A DNA stretch of 52,064 nucleotides from Clostridia bacterium (GTDB lineage Bacteria; Bacillota; Clostridia; Christensenellales; CAG-917), in assembly GCA_900754695.1 (NCBI GenBank), contig CAAEDU010000044.1:1-52064 (forward strand). Reading direction: 5' to 3'. Shown one piece after another: positions 39,345-46,549 of the stretch (positions are counted from its first letter, which is position 1; each line of letters opens with the position of its first letter). Below the pieces are notes generated by a model. That model ran no database searches. It was given only the letters and a program-made list of their open reading frames with translations, and was not told where the DNA came from. Made by a program: the position numbers and the translations under genes.

Positions 39345-39369
39345 ACCGCCCCTTCGGGGGCGGTTTTTT
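39345..39369 (+). terminator. Terminator of the GH18-lipoprotein operon
   Basis: ACCGCCCC ttcg GGGGCGGT then TTTTTT. Confidence 0.85.
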
Positions 39370-39370
39370 A

Positions 39371-39428
39371 ATGCCGCCCCGGAATGAGACGGTGCGGGAT
39401 CGGAGCAATTATTTTCGGCGCTGTTGCA
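39371..39428 (+). repeat. Copy C of dispersed intergenic repeat
   Basis: ATGCCGCCCCGGAAT at 39371-39385 and GAGCAATTATTTTCGGCGCTGTTGCA at 39403-39428. The head (CCGCCCC) can also pair with the 3' arm of the preceding terminator. Confidence 0.6.
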
Positions 39429-39538
39429 AAAACTGCGCTCCTCCTCGCCCCATCCCCTCCCCCGACTTCGCCATATTGTGCCCGAACGCGCCCGCGAACG
39501 GAACCTGTGCCCTCTCCCGCGGCGATGTTTCACTTTTG

Positions 39539-39568
39539 TTGAAACCGCGCTCCCCGCGCAGGTATAAT
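39539..39568 (+). promoter_or_regulatory. Promoter upstream of the integrase remnant
   Basis: TTGAAA, 18 nt, TATAAT. Confidence 0.5.
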
Positions 39569-39619
39569 GGAAATGTTTGCGCGATTTTCGCATTCACTAC
39601 ATCGCAAAGGAGAAAGATC

Positions 39620-40035
39620 GTGAAACAGCAAAAAAAGTTCAGCAACCATTCCATGCCCGCCCGCTGTCCTCGCAAAACACAAGGGAAATGCGTTCTCTTT
39701 GCCGACGCCGCTAAGCTGTATATCGGATATTCCAAAGCGGTCACTTCGGCGGAGACCGCCGTCAAGCGGATGCGTTTCTTCGCGCAGTTCTACAACGCCG
39801 CCTTCGCCGAGCGCAACATCGCGTCCATCTCCCTTCCGATGTCTACCGCTGGTTCGACGGCGTGATCACCGCCAAGCGCCGCGACGGCAAGGGTTGCTAC
39901 GCTCCGCGCACCCTCCGCTCCGTATGGGGACAGCTCTACACCTTCTTCTCGTGGTGCAGCACCCGCTACCCCGTCCAGAACCCGATGTACGCCATCAAAA
40001 TGCCCCGCACCCGCGCCGCGGAACGCAACATGACC
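39620..40035 (+). pseudogene. Tyrosine recombinase/integrase N-terminal fragment, frameshifted and truncated
   Basis: GTG start with AAAGGAGAAAG RBS. FADAAKLYIGYSKAV..AVKRMRFFAQFY continues in another frame as DVYRWFDGVITAKRRDG..TLRSVWGQLYTFFSWC..NPMYAIKMP (frameshift near 39835). No catalytic R-H-R-Y domain follows. Confidence 0.55.
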
Positions 40036-40182
40036 TTTCGGCACATAACGTTGCCCTGCAACCGCCGCACCGTCTTTATGTATATCCGCCTCATAAATGC
40101 GTATCTCTTTATACAACGATATTTGACTGCAGCCGCAATGCTTAGCATGTTTGTTTCTCAAATGCACGTTTCGTGATATGAC

Positions 40183-40220
40183 GATCCCCGCGCCGTACTG
40201 TTGGGACCGGCGCGGGGATC
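40183..40220. repeat. 13-bp perfect inverted repeat GATCCCCGCGCCG / CGGCGCGGGGATC
   Basis: Arms 40183-40195 and 40208-40220, 12-nt loop, no U-tract on either strand. Confidence 0.6.
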
Positions 40221-40267
40221 CCGAAAGCGAGGGAGGACGGGATCCCCCTCGCAAAACGGGGCTGTTG

Positions 40268-40672
40268 TCAAATGAGAGCGGGACACGCGGCGGCGAGCGC
40301 TTCTCCTGTCAAATCAACGCGCGCGCTTTCTCCCGCCCGCTTTTCGCGGACGCGGCGACGCTTCGCACGCTCGCGCTCCATCCTGCGTCCGTAATCCAAG
40401 CTGCGCGGGAGCACCGTGATGAGAGTGCCGCCTTCAAGCACAAAGATATACTCACGGTAAAGCACCATGTCTCTGCCCGCATATTCTTCGCACTCCGCCG
40501 CGATCTCCTTCCTGTGTCTGAGATAAGCCGCACCCGCGCCCCTGCTCTCCGCCTGCCTGACTCCGCGCGCCATCGCATCCGCGACAAACGCCGCGCGCTT
40601 GCTTTCGCTCTTCATGCCGGGCACGCGCTCCTTGATCCTCCTCTCCGCATGTTTGGTGATGATGATGTCCAT
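40268..40672 (-). CDS. Hypothetical protein, DUF4258-like (possible orphan toxin-like RNase fold)
   Basis: 134 aa from MDIIITKHAERRIKER (GGAGGAAG RBS). The HAxxRxxxR start and ..FVLEGGTLITVL core are reminiscent of DUF4258. Assignment is from memory only. Confidence 0.45.
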   Translation of the reverse strand: MDIIITKHAERRIKERVPGMKSESKRAAFVADAMARGVRQAESRGAGAAYLRHRKEIAAECEEYAGRDMVLYREYIFVLEGGTLITVLPRSLDYGRRMERERAKRRRVREKRAGESARVDLTGEALAAACPALI

Positions 40673-40883
40673 AACTTCCTCCGCAATATCGTCGTCAAAC
40701 GGGCTTCTCCCGTTTGCAAACATATTATACCGCGCGTCACGTCCCAAAAATGTCCCGCTTCTGCTTCATCGCAAAAAATCCCGCCGCTAAAAATTCACAC
40801 TTGCACGACCTTTGCAGGATCGGAACAAAGCATTCAATACATGGCCGTTTGACAAACAACATGCACCGTGTTAATATTTCAAT

Positions 40884-41042
40884 GATCCCGAACGGGGTAC
40901 TGCCATACGGTGTGCAGGCCGCTAATGCGAGGTTCCGGGTAGCGCCGGCGCGGACGATAGAAGTAAGGCATAAAGCCGGCCGTCGACCCAGGATCGACGG
41001 AGAGCACTTGAAACTCTGCTCACTTACTTTCGTCCTTTTTTT
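40884..41042 (+). ncRNA. Module 1: putative ~160-nt transcript
   Basis: Promoter TTGACA(40849-54)-17-TAATAT(40872-77). Hairpin-rich (CGTCGA ccaggat TCGACG) and ends at the T-run 41034-41042. The terminator stem is weak. Confidence 0.3.
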
Positions 41043-41270
41043 ATCTCTTTTGTTATGCCTGCGTTTGCTCACGACACAGAACCCTTCAATACATTACATC
41101 GGTTGCCCATTCTTCTATTTCAGTTTTTGCGCACTTTTATTCATGCTCATTGAATGATTTCGTACAATTTCGTACGATAAATCGCTCGGTTACAGCCTCA
41201 ACTGCTCGAGGCGTTCTGCGTATATGCACCCAAACATTGACAAAACGTCGATGAATGATATGATGAAAAT

Positions 41271-41349
41271 GCAGGCTGCGGTCAGACCGTGGCACGGTCG
41301 GGACTAGTTTACCGACCACTTCAAGTCCGATTGCGACCGGACTTTTTTT
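41271..41349 (+). ncRNA. Module 2: putative ~75-nt sRNA
   Basis: Promoter TTGACA(41237-42)-16-TATGAT(41259-64). Hairpin GGTCGG..CCGACC. Terminator AGTCCG attgcgac CGGACT + T7 (41324-41349). Confidence 0.5.
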
Positions 41350-41385
41350 GTTGACTTCTCAGTGTCATTTATCTATACTTTCCGT

Positions 41386-41485
41386 AGAGCGTTGGGCTAT
41401 GTACGAATTGAGTTTCGGGTCGCCCGTAATCAACAGCCACGGCTTTCGAGCTAGTTGTTGTCGCTCTTTTTTCTTTTGTTTTTTC
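41386..41485 (+). ncRNA. Module 3 (family F2): putative ~100-nt transcript
   Basis: Promoter TTGACT(41351-56)-17-TATACT(41374-79). Ends in a long T-rich tract at 41466-41485. Homologous to module 7. Confidence 0.35.
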
Positions 41486-41582
41486 GGCGGATCACCCGCA
41501 GCAAACACACCGTCGACACCGAAGCAGACCCGATCTTCGCAAAACGCTTGACGCGCCCGCCGAGGGTGCTTAAAATATGATT

Positions 41583-41709
41583 GATCTCGAAAGAGATCTT
41601 CCCGATCCGTTCGGGTGCGCCTCATTCGTGAGGCCTCGTTTGGGAGCCATAGCGCTCCTTGCGCAAGGAAGACTGTTCGTAAGATGTTCGCCTTGCGCTT
41701 TTCTTTTTG
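41583..41709 (+). ncRNA. Module 4 (family F1): putative ~125-nt sRNA
   Basis: Promoter TTGACG(41548-53)-17-TAAAAT(41571-76). 5' hairpin ATCTC gaaa GAGAT. Terminator GCGCAAGG..CCTTGCGC + TTTTCTTTTT. Confidence 0.5.
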
Positions 41710-41812
41710 TCTCGAATTTACAAAAAAATGAGGAACAACCACGCAGCCCCGCGTCCGATCCGACTTCTGCAAAACGCTTGACGATCCCGTAGAGAAGACT
41801 TAAAATAAAAGT

Positions 41813-41887
41813 AATCTTGAAAGAGGTTCCGATGTTGCCCGGTTTTACCGAGGCGATCACAAGAGTCCACCGGCCTCTTGTTTTTTT
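41813..41887 (+). ncRNA. Module 5 (family F1): putative ~75-nt sRNA
   Basis: Promoter TTGACG(41778-83)-17-TAAAAT(41801-06). 5' hairpin ATCTT gaaa GAGGT, UUUUA-loop hairpin. Terminator CAAGAG..CTCTTG + T7. Confidence 0.55.
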
Positions 41888-41927
41888 GCCGTTGACACAC
41901 CTACCCCGATCCGTGTATACTGTTCTT

Positions 41928-41996
41928 GGCAGTAAGCCAGATGCGCCTGATCAGCGTGTCAACCCGCGTCAGCCGAAAGGGGGCGCGGTTTTCTTT
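41928..41996 (+). ncRNA. Module 6 (family F2-like): putative ~70-nt sRNA
   Basis: Promoter TTGACA(41892-97)-18-TATACT(41916-21). GC stem CCGCG..CGCGG then TTTTCTTTTG. Confidence 0.4.
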
Positions 41997-42033
41997 TGTT
42001 GACAATTCGCCGATATCCGTATATGCTGATTTC

Positions 42034-42126
42034 GAAGAGCGTCTGCTGGTAAACGGTTCTCCGTTCCCTGTAATTAGCGACCAAAGCCTCGTGCCAGTTG
42101 CTTCCGCTCTTTTTCTTTTGCCTTTT
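42034..42126 (+). ncRNA. Module 7 (family F2): putative ~95-nt transcript
   Basis: Promoter TTGACA(41999-42004)-17-TATGCT(42022-27). T-rich end at 42109-42126. Homologous to module 3. Confidence 0.35.
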
Positions 42127-42224
42127 CAGCGGCTCACCCGCAGCAAACACACCGCCGACACCGAAGCCGACCCGATTTTCGCAAAACGCTTGACGATCCC
42201 GCCGGAAAAGCTTAAAATACAAGC

Positions 42225-42302
42225 AATCTCGAAAGAGATTTGGGGACGCCGGGTTTTACCTAGGCGGTTGCAGGAGTCCATTATTTGGGCTCTTGTTTTT
42301 TT
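42225..42302 (+). ncRNA. Module 8 (family F1): putative ~78-nt sRNA
   Basis: Promoter TTGACG(42190-95)-17-TAAAAT(42213-18). 5' hairpin ATCTC gaaa GAGAT, UUUUA-loop hairpin with bulged A. Terminator CAGGAG..CTCTTG + T7. Confidence 0.55.
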
Positions 42303-42482
42303 GCCGCATAACGAAACGACATGCCCCTCGACTCCGACGCCCTTCCAAAGCCTGCCGAGACGAACAAATCGATATCGCAACGAGGTGCGCGCTCGCGCTA
42401 CCGCCCGGTATTCGAAAGACCGGCAGAATGATCGTATAAGGCAACAGTTGACGGAATATAGAATATGGGGTACAATGTGACC

Positions 42483-42583
42483 GACAGCATGGCTCAGCCG
42501 TGTAAGCGATTTTCACTTGATGCCCATCAAATCGCATTGTCAGAATTAAGTCCTCGGCTTCTTGCCGGGGCCTTCTTTTTTTG
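42483..42583 (+). ncRNA. Module 9: putative ~100-nt sRNA
   Basis: Promoter TTGACG(42448-53)-17-TACAAT(42471-76). Long hairpin GCGATTT..AAATCGC. Terminator CCTCGGC ttctt GCCGGGG + CCTTCTTTTTTT. Confidence 0.5.
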
Positions 42584-42730
42584 TTGTCGCATCGCTCAAA
42601 CATACCCCGCCCGCAAACCGCCGAACCTGCGCGCCGATCTTTCATCTCGCTTCAGGCGGCGTTTGAACATATGTTTGCCATGACGCTCCGAGGATGGATT
42701 TCGCGCGGGTCGCTCCCCTTGAAGCTACGC

Positions 42731-42769
42731 AAAAATCCGAAGGACACCGATCTTGCGGTGTCCTTCGGA
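42731..42769 (-). terminator. Terminator of the rpsU-tRNA-Val transcript
   Basis: 14-bp stem TCCGAAGGACACCG / CGGTGTCCTTCGGA, followed on the minus strand by TTTTT. Confidence 0.85.
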
Positions 42770-42772
42770 TCT

Positions 42773-42849
42773 TGGTGGGGACAACAGGACTCGAACCTGT
42801 GACCTCTTGTATGTGAAACAAGCGCTCTAACCGACTGGGCTATGCCCCC
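42773..42849 (-). tRNA. tRNA-Val (anticodon CAC), CCA encoded
   Basis: Hand-folded cloverleaf: acceptor GGGGGCA/TGTCCCC, anticodon stem CTTGT/ACAAG with loop TTCACAT, T-loop TTCGAGT. One C-A mismatch in the D stem. Confidence 0.85.
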
Positions 42850-42876
42850 GTAAGGGAGGTGGCTCCCTTGTGTTGT

Positions 42877-43056
42877 TTAGTTTTTGTAAGCTCTCTTGCG
42901 AGCAGCCTCTGCCTTCTTCTTACGCTTGACGCTGGGCTTCTCGTAGGCTTCTCTCTTGCGGAGGTCGCCGATGATGCCGTCGCGCGCGCACTTTCTCTTG
43001 AAGCGGCGGATCGCGTTGTCCAAACTCTCGTTTTCACCGACTCTGACGGTAGACAT
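42877..43056 (-). CDS. rpsU: 30S ribosomal protein S21
   Basis: 59 aa [22 protein letters not shown].., AAGGAGGTG RBS. Confidence 0.95.
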   Translation of the reverse strand: MSTVRVGENESLDNAIRRFKRKCARDGIIGDLRKREAYEKPSVKRKKKAEAARKRAYKN

Positions 43057-43089
43057 CTTCTTCACCTCCTTTTGATGCAAGTGATATTT

Positions 43090-43117
43090 ATTATACACGC
43101 CCACAGGGATTTGTCAA
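43090..43117 (-). promoter_or_regulatory. rpsU promoter
   Basis: Minus strand TTGACA, 16 nt, TATAAT. Confidence 0.65.
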
Positions 43118-43152
43118 CGGATTGACGGGGCTTGCGGCGGCGAATTTCAAAA

Positions 43153-43494
43153 TTACGCCATTCTGTCGGCGAGCTGTGCCCCGCCGAGGATGTGGATGTG
43201 GAGATGCTCCACGGATTGGCAGGCGTTTTTGCCCTTGTTGGACACGAGGCGGAAGCCGTCTGCGAGCCCGAGCTCGTCCACCATTCCGGAGAGTTTTTTG
43301 AGGCAGCGACCGAGGGTCTGCGCCTGCGCGTCGGACATCTCGACTATGTTGGCGTAGTGCTCTTTGGGCAGCATGAGGAGGTGCACCGGCGCCTGAGGCG
43401 CGATGTCCTTGACGATGACCATATCCTCGTCCTCATACACTTTGACTGAAGGGATCTCCCCTCTTATGATCTTGCAGAAAACACAATCGTTCAT
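43153..43494 (-). CDS. HIT (histidine triad) family protein
   Basis: 113 aa, CVFCKI and HLHIHILGG motifs. ATG at 43494 with a GGAG RBS. Confidence 0.9.
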   Translation of the reverse strand: MNDCVFCKIIRGEIPSVKVYEDEDMVIVKDIAPQAPVHLLMLPKEHYANIVEMSDAQAQTLGRCLKKLSGMVDELGLADGFRLVSNKGKNACQSVEHLHIHILGGAQLADRMA

Positions 43495-43533
43495 GGTTGT
43501 CTCCAATGCGCTCCCGCGCGTTTTTCTCGGAAC

Positions 43534-43562
43534 ATTATATCATCATACGGGCGCGCACGCAA
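43534..43562 (-). promoter_or_regulatory. Promoter of the HIT gene
   Basis: Minus strand TTGCGT, 17 nt, TATAAT. Confidence 0.55.
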
Positions 43563-43598
43563 GCGGGCTCAGCGACAAGCGATCCGCGCCCCGTAGTC

Positions 43599-44879
43599 TC
43601 ACACTCTGACCCCGTCGCCGAAGAGCGCGGTGGGGGTGACGGACGCCACCGAATTATGCTCCCCCTGCATGGAATAGACCTTGACGTAGTTGGGGGTGTG
43701 CCCGCACCAAAGACCGTCCTCTTTTGTCTCAAAAAGCACTTCAACGGGCTTTCCGAGCTGTTTAAGTCTGAATTCGGACGAAAGCTCGTGTTTGAGCGCA
43801 GTCATTTTCTTTTGCCTTCCCGTGACAAGAGCGGCAGGCAGCACGGGGAGTTTCCCTGCGACTGTACCCTTGCGGGAGGAATAGGGAAAGACGTGCATAT
43901 CCGCAAACTTCACCTCTTTGCAAAATGCCATGCTCGTCTCGAACGCCTCATCGCTCTCCGTGGGATAGCCGACGATGACGTCGGTGGTGACGGCGGCATC
44001 CGGGAAGCGGGAGCGGATGAGCGCGACCTTTTCGGCGTACTCGCGCGTGGTGTAGTGACGGTTCATGTTTTTGAGCACTCCGTCGTCGCCGCTTTGCAGC
44101 GAGAGGTGGAAGTGGGGGCAAAAACCCTTTATCCCCGCCGCGGCGTCCAAAAACTTTTCGTCTATGACGCCCGCTTCAAGCGACCCGAGCCGTATGCGCA
44201 GCGGAGTGCTTTGCAACGCGGTGAGAAGGTCGGAAAGCGAGGTGCCGATGTCCTTGCCGTAGGCGGAGAGGTTTATGCCCGTAAGCACGACTTCCTTGCA
44301 GGAAGTCTCGGCGGTCTCGATCTCTCTCAGCACGCCGCTGAGCGAACGGGATCTGCTCCTGCCCCTGAGATAAGGCACTATACAGTAGGAACAGAAGTTG
44401 TTGCATCCGTCCTGGACTTTGATGAAGTGCCGGGTGCGCATGGTGAGAGTGCCGCGGAAGTCCTCATACTTCGTCGCGGTGTCGAAATCCGCGGTGACGA
44501 TCTTGTCGAAAAAGCCGTCATCGCTGCCCTCCCCGTACTTTTTGACGAGCTCCTCGGCGAGGGCGAGCTTGCCCTTGGTGCCCGAGATGAACTTCACTCC
44601 GTCCCTTGCGAACTGGCTGAAATTGTTCTGCGACGCGCAGCCGCAGATGTAGATCTCCGCCTCGGGATTGATCCTGAGGATGCGTGTGACGGCTTGACGG
44701 GACTTGCGTTCCGCCTCCGCGGTCACGGCGCAGGTGTTGATTATGTAGACATCGGCGCGTTCCGGCGCGTCACAGACGTTGAGACCGCCGTAATCCAGCA
44801 CGGCACGCATGGCGTCGGAATCGTATTGGTTGACTTTGCACCCGAGCGTAAGAAATGCGACGGTGGGTCTATCGGTCAT
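43599..44879 (-). CDS. mtaB: Radical-SAM methylthiotransferase, MtaB-like (t6A37 methylthiolation)
   Basis: 426 aa from MTDRPTVAFLTLGCKVNQYDS, radical SAM CSYCIVP. Gene order after rsmE as in Bacillus yqeV. Upstream ORF-track codons are R/S-rich and overlap rsmE. Confidence 0.88.
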   Translation of the reverse strand: MTDRPTVAFLTLGCKVNQYDSDAMRAVLDYGGLNVCDAPERADVYIINTCAVTAEAERKSRQAVTRILRINPEAEIYICGCASQNNFSQFARDGVKFISGTKGKLALAEELVKKYGEGSDDGFFDKIVTADFDTATKYEDFRGTLTMRTRHFIKVQDGCNNFCSYCIVPYLRGRSRSRSLSGVLREIETAETSCKEVVLTGINLSAYGKDIGTSLSDLLTALQSTPLRIRLGSLEAGVIDEKFLDAAAGIKGFCPHFHLSLQSGDDGVLKNMNRHYTTREYAEKVALIRSRFPDAAVTTDVIVGYPTESDEAFETSMAFCKEVKFADMHVFPYSSRKGTVAGKLPVLPAALVTGRQKKMTALKHELSSEFRLKQLGKPVEVLFETKEDGLWCGHTPNYVKVYSMQGEHNSVASVTPTALFGDGVRV

Positions 44880-45597
44880 GATCGAGTTCTCCCAAAGCGT
44901 TGAGCAGGAGCGCCGCTCCCACGATATCCGCGGTCTCTGCGCGGAGGATGCGTCTGCCGAGGGTGACGGGGACAGCCCCCGCCGCGCGTGCGGCTTCCGC
45001 CTCCTCGGGAGTGAAACCGCCCTCGCTGCCCACGATGAGCGCGACGTCCCGCGCCTCGCGGGAAACAACGTCCGAAAAGGTGTGTTCCCTCTCCTTCTCA
45101 TAGGCAAAGTACACGGCGTCGTGATCTTTCACCCGTGCGAGCACGTCGGCAAAAGAGACCGCCTCTTCCGCCTCGCTCAGCCACGGAGAACCGCACTGTT
45201 TGGCGGCTTCGAGCGCTATGCGGCGGGCGCGGTCGGGGTTGAACTTCTTTTCCGCGGTGTTTTGAGAGACAAAGGGCACGACGGTGTCCACACCGAGCTC
45301 CACCGCCTTTTGTACGACAATGTCCAGCTTGGCGTTTTTGAGCAGCCCCGCATACAGCGTGAGTTTCACGCGCTTGCGGTCGACCTCTCTCACGCGCTCT
45401 ACGTCGAGCACCGCTTCCCCATGGTCTACGGTGCGGATGACGCAGTCGCGTTCCGTGCCGTCGTTCGCGCACACGATGACCTTATATCCCGGCTTCATGC
45501 GGAGCACCCTGGTCATGTGCTCGAACTCGTCGCCGCGCACCGTGACTCTGCTCTCCGATATGTCCTCCGCTCTCACAAAAAAACGCCTGAGTTCCAT
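44869..45597 (-). CDS. rsmE: 16S rRNA (uracil1498-N3)-methyltransferase
   Basis: 242 aa from MELRRFFV.., RsmE PUA plus SPOUT pattern, position between prmA and mtaB. Confidence 0.88.
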   Translation of the reverse strand: MELRRFFVRAEDISESRVTVRGDEFEHMTRVLRMKPGYKVIVCANDGTERDCVIRTVDHGEAVLDVERVREVDRKRVKLTLYAGLLKNAKLDIVVQKAVELGVDTVVPFVSQNTAEKKFNPDRARRIALEAAKQCGSPWLSEAEEAVSFADVLARVKDHDAVYFAYEKEREHTFSDVVSREARDVALIVGSEGGFTPEEAEAARAAGAVPVTLGRRILRAETADIVGAALLLNALGELDHDR

Positions 45598-45598
45598 G

Positions 45599-46498
45599 TC
45601 ACCTCCCGAGGCGCAGAGCGCGCCAGTCGCCGTCCGCCCTCTCTTCGATGACGCGGAACCCGTGCGCGGCAAAGACGCCCTTCACCTCGTCGAGCCTATC
45701 CGCGATGATGCCGGACGCCACGATCTCCCCACCCCCGTTAAGATGCTCTCCGACGGAGGGCGCGAGGCGGGAAAGGATGTCCGCGGTGAGATTGGCAAGG
45801 ATGAGATCCGCCCTCTCCTTCCCTTCGATGAGGTCCGCCCTCTCTATGGTGCAGTCCACGCCGTTGAGCGCCGCATTCGCCCTCGCCGCTTCCACCGCCT
45901 GAGGGTCGATGTCGCACATATACACGGACTTCGCGCCCGTGAGCGCCGCCGCGATCCCGAGGATACCGCTGCCACAGCCCACGTCGATGACGCTCTTGCC
46001 GCGCGCGTCCGCCATCTCGAGACACATCCTCGTTGTGGCGTGCTCGCCGGTGCCGAACGCCATGCCCGGATCGAGCCGCAGGACGGTCTCGTCCTCGGCT
46101 GCGGGATAGTCTATCCAGGTGGGGACGACGGTGACGGAATGCGTGACGATGGGGTTGTAATATTTCTTCCACTCGTTCGCCCAGTCCGCCTCGTCGATGA
46201 GACGGGAGGATATCTCGCCGTATCTCACGCCGTTGCCCGCCATCGCGGAAAGGGCGCTCTCCAGCCGGGGGAGAAACTCGCGGTCGTCCTCGTCCGTCAC
46301 CGTGGAGACCTTGACCTCCTCGCCCGAGAGCAGCGCGTCGTCGTCGACATAGTCCCAGATGACGTCGCTTCTCAGCAGATCGGCAAAGTCCTGTCTGTCG
46401 GCGATGTCCACCCCTTCCGCACCCGCGTCGAACATGGCGGAAGCGACCAGGTCTGCATTGTCGTGATCGGTGATGACTGTGATAAGGTTATATCTCAT
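45599..46498 (-). CDS. prmA: Ribosomal protein L11 methyltransferase
   Basis: 299 aa, SAM motif VIDVGCGSGILGIAA, PrmA N-terminal domain. Confidence 0.92.
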   Translation of the reverse strand: MRYNLITVITDHDNADLVASAMFDAGAEGVDIADRQDFADLLRSDVIWDYVDDDALLSGEEVKVSTVTDEDDREFLPRLESALSAMAGNGVRYGEISSRLIDEADWANEWKKYYNPIVTHSVTVVPTWIDYPAAEDETVLRLDPGMAFGTGEHATTRMCLEMADARGKSVIDVGCGSGILGIAAALTGAKSVYMCDIDPQAVEAARANAALNGVDCTIERADLIEGKERADLILANLTADILSRLAPSVGEHLNGGGEIVASGIIADRLDEVKGVFAAHGFRVIEERADGDWRALRLGR

Positions 46499-46503
46499 TT
46501 CCG

Positions 46504-46545
46504 CAAAAAAAGACGGTTTATCGGCTCGTTTCAGCCGATAAACCG
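46504..46545 (-). terminator. Strong terminator after dnaJ, ending 5 nt before the prmA start codon
   Basis: 12-bp stem CGGTTTATCGGC / GCCGATAAACCG, 8-nt loop, followed on the minus strand by TCTTTTTTT. Confidence 0.85.
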
Positions 46546-46549
46546 CATT

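Larger units (their letters stand above)
39371..42736. mobile_element. Degraded integrative-element remnant abutting the 3' end of tRNA-Val
   Basis: Visibly lower GC. Frameshifted and truncated tyrosine-integrase fragment, orphan DUF4258-like gene, ORF-free promoter/terminator array. No att duplication found. Confidence 0.4.

Noticed and set aside
40884-41042. Module 1 (and 51540-51950) as a housekeeping RNA (RNase P, SRP/4.5S, tmRNA, 6S)
   Set aside because: None of the signature strings is present: GAGGAAAGUCC, GGAAGCAGCC, a 5' GGGG..acceptor with a T-arm, or end-to-end pairing with a central bubble.
40714-41157. ORFs inside the module array (40714-41157 +, 40737-41072 -, 41365-41772 -, 41926-42480 +, 42256-42645 -)
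   Set aside because: They have no RBS, implausible composition, and cross promoter/terminator modules. Repeats are conserved at the nucleotide level irrespective of frame.
40849-42583. CRISPR array or tracrRNA interpretation of the repeated modules
   Set aside because: The repeat units are 75-650 bp with their own promoters, not 25-40 bp repeats with regular spacers. No cas genes are in the window. The shared AGUCC and GUUUUA strings are too short to support a tracrRNA or nexus assignment. The resemblance of UCGAAAGAG..GGGACGC in module 8 to c-di-GMP-I is not shared by modules 4 and 5, and the rest of that aptamer is absent.
42773-42800. Direct repeat of the tRNA-Val 3' end marking the far att site of the island
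   Set aside because: I searched by eye around 39323-39640 and 40150-40280. Only an inverted 8-mer (CTGTTGTC at about 40262) was seen, which is not meaningful. The island boundary therefore remains undefined.
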